Origin: Octopus sinensis | Taxonomy: Eukaryota | Assembly (NCBI RefSeq): GCF_006345805.1 | Contig: NW_021836512.1 | Span: 1 to 23,929 of the forward strand | DNA length: 23,929 nt | Direction: 5' to 3' | Program-made: the position numbers and the translations under genes | Shown: positions 10,585-20,140 of the stretch, in pieces | Layout of the letters: every line of letters begins with the position of its first letter | How positions within the stretch are numbered: the first letter of the stretch is position 1 | Notes under the pieces: model-generated | Told to the model about the DNA's origin: nothing | The model's database searches: none | Seen by the model: the letters and a program-made list of their open reading frames with translations, nothing else

Positions 10585-11040
10585 CAACCCTGAATTAGGT
10601 GAAGAACCTGAAACCTCTGCCACCAAACAAGCAAAACGGATCAAAGAGACTGCAAAAAAAAGAAACGTGTAGAAATAAATTGAAGATCGGTGGAGCCCGA
10701 AGCCTCTGCATGGACCTGAATATACTTCGATGCCGAAATGCTGATGTAGGCCAAGCAACAACCAATCTGTGGCTGAGAAGTTCAGGACTGAAAGCAGAAA
10801 AGGAATATCAAGGCAGTTGTGGCGTTCAAATATAGAGAGTCCTTCTTCATTGAAACATCAAAACTTCTTAAGGCAAATGGAAATACTATGCAAGATTGGT
10901 GTCTTGCAAAAAGCAGCCTTATTGGGCGCAGCACACATCTTAAGGAAGGTATTATCTGTCTGAGGTCCTTGTTGTGACTTGACAGATGACAAAAGGCTCA
11001 GGTGCATTTTTACCTACACTGTGTTGCGAAGGAATAACAA
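10585..11040 (+). mobile_element. R4/Dong-clade LINE remnant, copy 2 (internally deleted)
   Basis: KPLHG-like motif and ADVGQATTNLWLRSSGLKAEKE (post-RT W..K.LHG...WL...LK.ETE) joined directly to the C-terminal IGVLQKAALLGAAHILRKVLSV* (stop at 10961-10963). Confidence 0.8.
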
Positions 11041-11069
11041 TAATTGTGCTGTGCAAAGTACAACTAGAA

Positions 11070-11757
11070 ACTGACTGAAAGAGTAAGAGAATTCAAGGAG
11101 TGAAAGAAGAGCACCATATAAGCATATGGAAAGAAATGGAAGTACATGACCAATACATCTAACTGACGTTTCAAGTAAAAAAAAATCCTGGGTCTGCTAT
11201 CAGACGGGAACCTGAAACGAAAGACAGAAACATAAATAATAGCCAGTCAAGAACAATCCATTGGAACAAATCTGCTAACACCCAGTCAGACAGCAAATAT
11301 AATTTCTGCAGGAATGTAGAAGAAATTAGTAGCAGGATAGTAGCACAAAAGGAGTATAAGCGCAGACATGATTGTGAAGGCAAAAGAATACATTGGGATC
11401 TTAGTCGAGTATGTGGCTTCAAAGCAACAGAAAAGTAGAATGAACACAAACCAGAAGTTGTGATGGAAAATGAGAAGATTACCCATGTTTCTGAAACAAG
11501 GAAACTAGATATGATAAGAGAGGGAAAAATAAACAGTGTAAAACTTTTCAATTTCTTGTGATAACAGAGTATATACCAAATTGAGAAACTGAGAAATATG
11601 AGGATCAAGCCAGAAAAGTGAGGAGACTGAGGAAGACCAAGACAATATTTATTCCTCTGCAGATTGGTGATCTTGGCACTATAGCATAAATGTTTTCTAA
11701 AACAAGAGATTGGAATTGAAACTTGCATTGTCGACCCCCAGAAGAGTACTATTCTAA
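11070..11757 (+). mobile_element. R4/Dong-clade LINE remnant, copy 3
   Basis: DGNLKRKTET*IIASQEQSIGTN, AQKEYKRRHDCEGKRIHWDL, EHKPEVVMENEK, IPLQIGDLG, QKSTIL: the typical region between RT and REL; many stops and frameshifts. Confidence 0.82.
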
Positions 11758-12254
11758 TATTAATGGTGATGCTGATGATGATGACGGTGGTGGTGGTTGT
11801 GGTGGTTGTGGTGGTGGTGGTGGTGGTGGTGGTGGCGGTGGTGACGACGACAACGATGACGACAAAAACAACAACAATAACCATTTAGGGAGACTTGTCG
11901 TTCAGCCCTCAGAAAACTATACCAGAGCTGTTTCCATTTAAGGGCGATGAGAGAAAGGGCATAGAAACTGACGGTGCATGGTAAAAGGCTTTGTTGCCAT
12001 ATGTGTGGTGCTGAAAATCACCTGAGAGCCTTTTTCTTATAAAAACTGCAAAATTTAGAAAATTGGAGAATATCATCGCGTACTTGATCCTGCAAACTAG
12101 TGAAGTCCCTGATTGCAGCAACCAACGACGCCAGCTTATCGTCATGTTCCAAGCTGGAAATAATGATGCAGGGACACCAATAAAAGAAACCTATCATTGC
12201 AAATATAAATGGTAAAAATTGAAGGAAGTCCTAAAAGCAAGGTGTGGCAACGAC

Positions 12255-12495
12255 GAAATTCCGATAAGGTGTACTTTACCTTTCCTGGAGCCGATAAGCT
12301 AAGTAGCAGCTGAACACTGGACCCGATGTAGTCGACTTAAACCATTTCCGAAATTGTTGGCCGCGAACCAAGATTTTAAACCACGATTATTATTCGAATC
12401 TTTAGAGAGTCAGAAATATGATTTGCATGTTTTTCGGGTCTTTAAATTTTGAACTCAAATCCCGCCGGAATCATCGAAATTTCTGGCCTTCCATC
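12255..12495 (+). mobile_element. Old SINE family A fragments
   Basis: gtactttacctttcctggagccgataagctaagtagcag...ctggacccgatgtagtcgact and tgaactcaaatcccgccgg are degenerate versions of the family A body. Confidence 0.5.
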
Positions 12496-13069
12496 TCACT
12501 TGACTTCTGATCTCTGACTGAGCTCATACAATATTTTATTATTGATGTTGTTTTGTTGAATCACAGATCAGCCCTGATCAAATAGATCAATGCATACAGA
12601 TGTTCCATACGTGGCCATCCTATTTTTATTTCAACATAATGTATATAGGACATGATAGCATAATATCCATCCTTATCTTTTCTTCGTCTTTCTTAAAGAT
12701 AGTGGTATTTGATTTGAAGAGATTTAGCTACAATTTCTAGCAGTTTTGAGCGATTATGTAAAGACTGTGGGCTCTTTAGGAATATGTATTATTTGTAACG
12801 TGTTAATGTTAGCAGATGAAAAAGTGGCAGAGTTGTGGGATAGAGTACTTTCCGGTATGTTTCTTGGTTTTTCTGAGTTCAATTTCCACCGAGGTCATCA
12901 CCACCTTTTTTTCCTATCGCAGATTGATATAAAGGACAAATCCATAGCCGTGTAAACACAAAGTGTTTGAGGGTCGGGTAAGACACTTTACGGTTTCTGT
13001 TCCAGCCCTTTCAGTTCCGGCAACAGAATGGGGCCTGGCTGCAGGGGTATTGGTCTTTCTTTTCTATAA

Positions 13070-13260
13070 ATATTTTTCTTCAAATTTTGACACCGGGTCA
13101 GCAATTTCTACCCCGGTGCTCAACTGGTACTTATTTTACCGATCCGAAAAGGATGAATGGCAAAGTCGATCTGAGCGGAATTTGAACTGAGAAAGTAAAA
13201 CTGACGAAATAGCACCAAGCATTTCGCCCACCGTTCTAACGGTTCTGCAATCTCACCGCC
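13070..13260 (-). mobile_element. SINE family A, minus-strand copy
   Basis: ctggtacttattttaccgatccgaaaaggatgaatggcaaagtcga...ggaatttgaactgag...aagcatttcgcc...ctcaccgcc is the reverse complement of the family A head and body. Confidence 0.8.
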
Positions 13261-13274
13261 TTTTCTTTTCCATT

Positions 13275-13640
13275 GCTGGCAGAAACGTTAGCACGCCGGG
13301 CGAAATGCTTAGTGGTATTTCGTCTGCCGTTACGTTCTGAGTTCAAATTCCGCCGAGGTCGACTTTGCCTTTCATCCTTTCGGGGTCGATAAATTAAATA
13401 CCAGTTACGCACTGGGGTCGATGTAATCGACTTAATCCGTTTGTCTGTCCTGATTTGTCCCCTCTATGTTTAGCCCCATGTGGGTAGTAAAGAACTAGGT
13501 ATTTCGACTGTCTTCACCTTGTGAATTCAAATTCCGCCGAAGTCGACTTTGCCTTTCATCCTTTCGGAGTCGATAACTTAAGTGCTTAATCGATTGCCCT
13601 ACCCCGACAAAAATTTCAGGCCTTGTTCCTAGACTAACAA
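13275..13640 (+). mobile_element. SINE family A, dimeric copy (unit 1 13275-13497, unit 2 13498-13640)
   Basis: Near-identical by eye to 7425-7822, including the junction position. Confidence 0.9.
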
Positions 13641-13831
13641 TAAATAAATGAATAAATAAACAAAATAAGAAATGGTGGCATGGAGACAGGATACTTGAAT
13701 GCATGGAAAATTGGCAAGAGCCCTCAAAAACATTTTACCAAGGTTGCACATGCGCACACGTTGATGCCACATCACCCTTGACCACCAGCGGCTCTATGAG
13801 TTGTAGTTATAAAACTGCCGTTTGCAGACTG

Positions 13832-14184
13832 AACCACATGGTTCCGGGTTCAATCCCACCTCGTGGAACTTTGGCAAGTGCCTTCTACTATAGCCTCAGG
13901 CCGACCAAAACTTTGAGTGGATTTGGTAGACGGAAACTGAAAGAAGCCCGTGGTATATATATATGTATATATATATGTGAGTCTGTCCCTCCACCATCGC
14001 TTGAAACCGATGTTGTTGCGGTTACGCCCCCGTATTAGCGGCTCGGCAAAAAGATGCCGATAGAATAAATACTAGGCTTACAAAGAATAAATACTGGGGT
14101 GGATTTGGTCGACTAAAGGCGGTGCTCCAGTACTGCCGCAACCAAATGATCGAAACAAGTAAAAGAATACAAGAATAAAAGAAT
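13832..14184 (+). mobile_element. SINE family B, 5'-eroded copy
   Basis: aaccacatggttccgggttca.tccca...ggcaagtg.cttctactatagcctc.ggccgacc...ggatttggtagacggaaactgaaagaagcccg, a central (TA)n, and a 3' half ending gaaacaagtaaaagaata. Confidence 0.88.
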
Positions 14185-14235
14185 ATGTATATATATATAT
14201 GTGTGTGTGTGTGTGTATGTATGTATACACACACA

Positions 14236-14446
14236 CAGGGTGTTCAGTCTCTTCGCAGTAGGTATTTAATGGTTTTTGGGCGATTCTGCTCCCGAGAAAA
14301 AAAAATCTTACGGTATTAAATCAGGTCATATTGGTGGCCAAAAATCCCTTCGAAATAATCCGTTCACCGAAAAGTTCATGAAGTAGCACCATGGTGATGT
14401 ACAGGATGAAAAAACTTCACTGCGGAGAGACGTTTTGAACACCCCG
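14236..14446. mobile_element. Tc1/mariner-type MITE (211 bp)
   Basis: Left TIR cagggtgttca----gtctcttcgcagt versus reverse-complemented right TIR cggggtgttcaaaacgtctctccgcagt; inserted in a CA/TG repeat. Confidence 0.75.
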
Positions 14447-14500
14447 TGTGCGTGTATATATATATATATATGAGAAGGTATGGAGATGATGTACAGGTAT

Positions 14501-14667
14501 TATATATTAGAAGAAATGAGGTACTCAGAAATCTGGATGGTTTTATATTTACAGATATTTATTAATATGTCACATGGTTTTATAAATCATATATCAGCGC
14601 TTGCGTCCACTCTAGTGAAGTCATCAGATTGAACTTTTTCTGAGTACCTCATTTCTTCTAATATATA
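14501..14667. mobile_element. Foldback element with a perfect 31-bp inverted repeat, probably PLE-derived
   Basis: tatatattagaagaaatgaggtactcagaaa (14501-14531) is the exact reverse complement of 14637-14667. The interior carries a decayed hammerhead-like motif on the minus strand. Lies in (TA)n. Confidence 0.65.
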
Positions 14668-15162
14668 TATATATATATATATATCCCACTGTCATTATAT
14701 GTTTTAGATTTCTTTTGTGCCTGGGTTCCACACGCATGTGGCACTGAATTCAGATAGAAAAATATTTCTTTTATTCTGAACATTTTGAAAAACATACCCG
14801 TGCTGGCTCTCGTGTAGCAAGGCCAACCGATAGAGTGTCTCAACCTGCTGACTCCATAACATTATATATTACGATAGCCAGAACATTGAGGAGACAGACA
14901 AACAGCGGGTGGGTATCGGGTAGGTTAGTCAGCTGGGTGGGTGCTAGCCTTGTTCATTATTCATGAACAAATGCTGTACACTCTCTCCGGTTAACCCGCA
15001 AAGCTATCCATTACACCAGTCAGTAGCCAGGTAGACGCGCCTTGTCACACATGCACACACACACATACATACATGTCATGCTATATACACATATACATAC
15101 ATATATATGTTTGTATGTGTGTGTATATATGATGTATTATATATATATATATATTATATATA

Positions 15163-15206
<44 letters not shown>

Positions 15207-15534
15207 GTGTGTGATTGTGTATGTGGAATTCAGTACATATATAGTTTTTTCTGTACATATATATTACATACATTGCATATAAATATATATATGGGGAGAG
15301 GGACAGAGGCGGATAGACACTTTTCGAGGTGGGGTGTCAATCGGTACACCATTCCGGAACCTTTAAGATATAGCTGGACCTCTGAATAGCTGATGGGTCC
15401 TGAAAAAAAATTAAAAAAGAACTCGTTTAATTTTCATGGGATTTCCCCCACTTTTCCATTTCTAAAACATTTTTGATTGACCTAGAAACATTCATGTGCG
15501 TGTGTGTGTGTGTATGTAAAGATAGATATATATA

Positions 15535-16040
15535 GAGAGAGACAGACAGACAGATAGACAGACAGACAGATAGACATACAGACAGATAGACATACAGACA
15601 GACAGACAAACAGACAGATAGATAGATACATAGATAGATAGACAGATAGTTAATCGCATAGGCAGGCATTCTATTTCTCGGTGTATTGTCGCACCTTTAC
15701 ATGTTACCTCTGTACGTTTGTGCCTACCTTCATACCTTTAATCTATCTACCTAACTACCTACCTCTACCTACCTTATAACTACCTACTTACCTGACTAAA
15801 TATATTTTCATCCATCTCTACCTAACGATCTACCTACATTCATATCTACAATCTACCTGTCAACTTACCTGTATATCTATCTATCTATCCATCTATTATC
15901 CATCCATCTATCCATCAATCTACCTATCTATCTTACTACCTACCTCCTATTTACAATTCTCTCCCCCTTAAATTCTACCTCTTAATACCTTTATATACTA
16001 TATATCAACAACCACTTCTTAGGTACCTTCCTATCATCTA
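15535..16040. repeat. (GACA/GATA)n followed by degenerate (CTAC/CTAT)n tetranucleotide tracts
   Basis: Visible directly in the sequence. Confidence 0.85.
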
Positions 16041-16070
16041 AGTATGTTTCAAATTATACATCCCAACTTA

Positions 16071-16246
16071 TCGTATTTGAACGTGCATAAGGAACCCACG
16101 TGGATAAGGAACCCCCTTAATTTGGGGGCTTAAAATTTGGAAGAAAGATTTTGTAAGGTATTATATTATCCATGCTCAAGAAACTCCCATATTTTTTAAC
16201 TCAAGTTTTGAAAAGAAAATGGTTCCTTATACACGTTAAAATACGG
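16071..16246. mobile_element. Tigger/pogo-like MITE (176 bp) with TA target duplication
   Basis: TIRs tcgtatttgaacgtgcataaggaacc (16071-16096) and reverse-complemented ccgtattttaacgtgtataaggaacc (16221-16246) match at 23/26; TA at 16069-16070 and 16247-16248. Confidence 0.8.
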
Positions 16247-16419
16247 TAATACCCAACTATATCACTAGCCATACTCACCCTATTTCTACATAGATAACTT
16301 TCTACCAAATGACAAGCAGCGGCCAGGCTCCTTCACATGCTAGAAATAGGTGTGAAATTTCTCTAAATTGACACACTGCCAGATTAACTGTTAAGCATTC
16401 AGATATCTATTTATTATTG

Positions 16420-16555
16420 TTTTTTTATCTTTTAATTGCTTCAGTCATCAGACAACGGTCAAGCTGGAGTATCGCCTTGAAGAATTTTCAGTCGAATGAA
16501 TTGACCCCTGGACTTATATTTTAAAACCTGGTACTGATTCCATCGGTGTATTTCT
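16420..16555 (-). mobile_element. SINE family B 3' fragment
   Basis: tcttttaattgcttcagtcat...gctggagtatcgccttgaag...cagtcgaatgaattgacccc.ggactta...cctggtact matches the family B 3' end. Confidence 0.7.
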
Positions 16556-16848
16556 TTTTGATAATCTACTCCTGTCAAGTAAAGTCAATGTTATTTTAGA
16601 ATAGTTACAGGCAAAACTTGAATAGAAATAGTTCAGGTCAAACGGGGAAACGACTGGGTATAACGATGTTTGTGTGTATTATGGGATTAATGTACAGGAT
16701 GGTCACAATTGGAAAGATTTTTACGTCTCCATCAACAGAAGTGAACTGGAGCTAACCATGAAATTTATCCATGTAGTTAAGCTATATCAATTCATATATG
16801 TATATACACATATACACATATATTTATATAGAGTGGGAGGGGATAGAT

Positions 16849-17073
16849 CTGTGGCTTTCTCGATCGGGGTCAACATGACTGTTGGAGGTGCATGGAAGAT
16901 TCTATTAAGATTTATGTGCAACAAATCGGTTTTTCTACAATACACAAAATATTTAGCAAGTTTATTTTATGCAATCCTTAATTATATATAATTATAAAAA
17001 TACAAAAGGATTTTATTTAACCCGAATAAATTAGGAATGAAAAACTAGGCAAAAAAATGGTTGAGAACCACTG
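16849..17073. mobile_element. hAT (Charlie-like) MITE
   Basis: Clear right TIR ggttgagaaccactg (17059-17073); degenerate left end ctgtggctttctcgatcggggtc; flanks ggatagat and gtacagat match at 6/8 (possible TSD). Confidence 0.5.
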
Positions 17074-17279
17074 GTACAGATAGACTGACTGACAGACAGA
17101 CAGACAGATAAATAGATGGATGGATGGATGGACAGAGAGATTGATAGATAGATAGATAGTCCCATATACTGATTACAAAACATACCCCTACTAACGGTCT
17201 ATATATTTACTTGTCTATGTTATCACTGGCTGAGTAACCAATATGAGAGCGTTGCTACAAATTTTATATAGATGTTAGA

Positions 17280-17900
17280 ATGGGATAGAAATTAGGCTAC
17301 ATAACATAAACGGTATTTACTCTAGATTTCTCAAGGAAAGACTTTACAGAGACGATGGCTTTCAATCGAACATAAAATCAACCAGCATTAAAAGAGATAT
17401 AGGAAAGACCCTCACAAATTCTTTTAAGAAACCGAACGTTATAGCTGAGTTTAGTCTTTAAGACAATTAACTTGTTAGATGCAAGACTTATCCTTAATAC
17501 TTTTATCGTTTATCTCAGCAGAAATTCCACGGAATATCTGTATTACGTATTCTAACCGCACACAATATTACAAGCACTTTATTGACACGATTTAAACATT
17601 TCTAATGAATCTACTTTCACATGCAAAATATTACTATGACAATGTGTTTCTCGAATATAATACGATACACCGAAAAAAAAAAGATCGCATGAATCCACAG
17701 AAATAAACAATGCAATAAAGACTGGTTCAATACTCAGTATTGCCAAGAAGCTTAACCTGTAGTTTAATCTTCTTAAAACTGCTAAAACTGCTAAAAACAT
17801 TTCCTATATTTACACAAATCTTATCCGATGTAGGATTGTACCATGTTTAATACTTGATTCTCAACTATGACAACTGGAACACAAACAAACACCTAAAGGG
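17280..17900 (+). mobile_element. Penelope-like element RT remnant (Neptune-like)
   Basis: LYRDDGF at 17342-17362 (PLE motif GLYRDDGL), then KTINLLDARL (VNFLDV.L), an SNHP-like region and KDWFNTQYC at 17717-17743 (WFNPPY); frameshifted. Confidence 0.8.
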
Positions 17901-17947
17901 TGTATTTAGCGCTACGGTTAAAACTGTCATATATATATATATATATA

Positions 17948-18156
17948 ACGGGTAGGTTTACGAAAATAAACAAAAGACGAAGGCAGTTGGAGTACAAACA
18001 AACAAGGTATTAGTATGGCGCTCAGGAATAGAAATAAAACAAGTCTTTTACGTTTCGAGCCTACGCTCTTCGACAGAAAGATACACAGAAAAGAAACAAG
18101 GAGAGAAACAAGGAGAGAAAAAAATTGCGTGTAGGGGCTAACGATCCAACATGGCG
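17948..18156 (-). mobile_element. Short (~210 bp) PLE pLTR/retrozyme-like element in (TA)n
   Basis: Unique-sequence block with (TA)n on both sides; contains a minimal hammerhead. Confidence 0.7.
18044..18081 (-). ncRNA. Minimal type I hammerhead ribozyme, variant core
   Basis: Minus strand UCUUU-CUGUCGA-A-GAGC-GUAG-GCUC-GAAA-CG-UA/AAAGA: 5-bp stem I, 4-bp stem II, palindromic ACGU stem III, GUA cleavage triplet; A6 is replaced by U. Confidence 0.72.
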
Positions 18157-18454
18157 TATATACACATATACATAATACATATATATATGTTTGTGTATAT
18201 ATGTATATGTGTGTGTGTATATATGAGTGTGGAAGAGTGCATGTTTACAAATACAGGTATGTGTGTATATATATAAGCGTCTGTGTGTACATACAAATAT
18301 ATCTAAATATATTTATATATGTGTGTATGTATATATGTATGTATATATACATGTGTATATATATATATATATATATGTATGTGTATATTAATGTATGTAT
18401 GTATATATATATGTATATATGTATATCTATAAATATATATTATATAATATATAT

Positions 18455-18508
<54 letters not shown>

Positions 18509-18681
18509 ATATATATATATAAAATTTAGAAAAAAACACCTTATCAATTCAAAATGTACAATTAAATTACCACCATCTAGAAAATTACATATAATAGAAA
18601 TATTAATATTAAAATAAAGATAAAATATCAATGATTAAGTAATTTGCAAAAAAATAATAAAAATGTATATAATTGGTAAAA

Positions 18682-18769
18682 TAACGAAAGTGTTTCGTGG
18701 CTATATTTAAGAAATGATTGTAGTAGTAGTAAAATCACTTCGATATAAATATAGCCACTCATCAGGTTA
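18682..18769 (-). ncRNA. Hammerhead ribozyme motif, left arm, long stem II
   Basis: UAAC-CUGAUGA(18765-18759)-GUGGCUAUAUUUA...UAAAUAUAGCCAC-GAAA(18696-18693)-CACU-UUC/GUUA: perfect 13-bp stem II and 4-bp stem I; stem III is weak. Confidence 0.7.
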
Positions 18770-19983
18770 AAAATAGACTAGAATAATAAAATACTTCATT
18801 GATAAATATATATATATATATATATATAAAATACTAAATGTACATTAAGTGAAAACTAAAAACAATACTTAAATTATTAAATACTTTAAAATTAATTAAA
18901 ATACACAATGCTAGTACAAGTCATTAAATTATAATCAAAATAAGAAATGGTTCAAATATAGACAAACTCATTAAATAAGCAAACTATATAATTAATATAC
19001 ATTTAATATATCAATCTATAACAAAGCTGACTAAATATCAAATAATATAATACCTAATTAACTTAAAATTTGATATTACATAATAAATATGCCACCTAAT
19101 AATTAAATTATATATTGTCTGACGAAATTAATTCTTAAATAAAATTAAATGTAATACGTCAGATCCCTTAATATATATATTTTTTTTAAAAAAAACACTA
19201 AATAAATAGATATAAGAATTAATATCTATCGTAACCTATATCTATCAATATATATAAAAACGATATAATGGCGAGAATTATTTGTTAATGGAAAGTAAGA
19301 AAAACTTTTCAGCCCCAAAATTAAAGAAAGGTGCAAATATATTAGAACCAATGAACAATACACTATGAAGATTTACAATCACAATCACCAGTCCTCTACA
19401 AAACAAGTTAATAACAATAATAATAATAACAAGGATCAAACTCAAAATAAGAACAAGAGCTAAATAATGTTGATAAACAAAGTTACTAAGTTCAACGATT
19501 AAGTAAATCTATCTGGAATTTAAAGGTATTAATATGCTTTAGTGTCTAATTAATATACCCAATTCAATAACTATTCATGAATAATACAATCAAAAATTCG
19601 AAAAAGTTCAAATATACTCAAATCCATTATATTAATATCTACGTATAATATCTATAGATTTAATACATCACACGATAAAAAAGTTAAACATAAAATTAAT
19701 ATTAAAATAAAAACTAGTTTATTTAAATATAATACTACTTAATAAAAAAATTATCTAATTATTAAAAGAAATATAGTTTAACAATATTAATTCAGAAATT
19801 AAATAATATGTAAAACGTTAAATTCCTATATAAGAATGAAAACATATATCCAATATCGAACGTAAAAAATACTATCAAGAAACTATAAATAAATAATAAT
19901 ACTTCTTACTTTCCATTAAGAAATAATTCTATATATATTATAGCATATTTATCAATGAATTATTTTATTATTCTAGTTTATTT

Positions 19984-20073
19984 TTAACCTGATGAGTGGC
20001 TATATTTATATCGAAGTGATTTTACTACTACTATTATCATTTCTTAAATATAACCACGAAACAGGTGCGTTAA
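19984..20073 (+). ncRNA. Hammerhead ribozyme motif, right arm, cleavage triplet degenerate
   Basis: UUAAC-CUGAUGA(19989-19995)-GUGGCUAUAUUUA...UAAAUAUAACCAC-GAAA(20058-20061)-CAGGUGC/GUUAA: stem II has one mismatch, and the U of the NUH triplet is missing. Confidence 0.62.
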
Positions 20074-20140
20074 TCTACAAATTATATACGTTTTTATCAT
20101 TTTTTGTGCATTTTAGTTAATTATTGATATTTTATTATTT

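Noticed and set aside
9283-10761. Poly-I/Y/H/D/G/S ORFs, including the 100-aa acidic ORF 9854-10156
   Set aside because: They are stop-free frames of trinucleotide repeats, with no domain or splice support.
7500-13600. Recurrent gtcgactttgcctttcatcc repeats considered as a CRISPR-like array
   Set aside because: They are irregularly spaced, occur on both strands and are fully explained as SINE A copies in eukaryotic DNA.
16674-16991. 105-aa ORF
   Set aside because: It runs through a microsatellite and a hAT-like MITE and starts from a non-ATG codon.
18810-19945. Very AT-rich interior considered as a mitochondrial insertion or Helitron
   Set aside because: No mitochondrial gene or Helitron terminal motifs were seen; the hammerhead arms and the LSKSIWNLK trace fit a PLE better.
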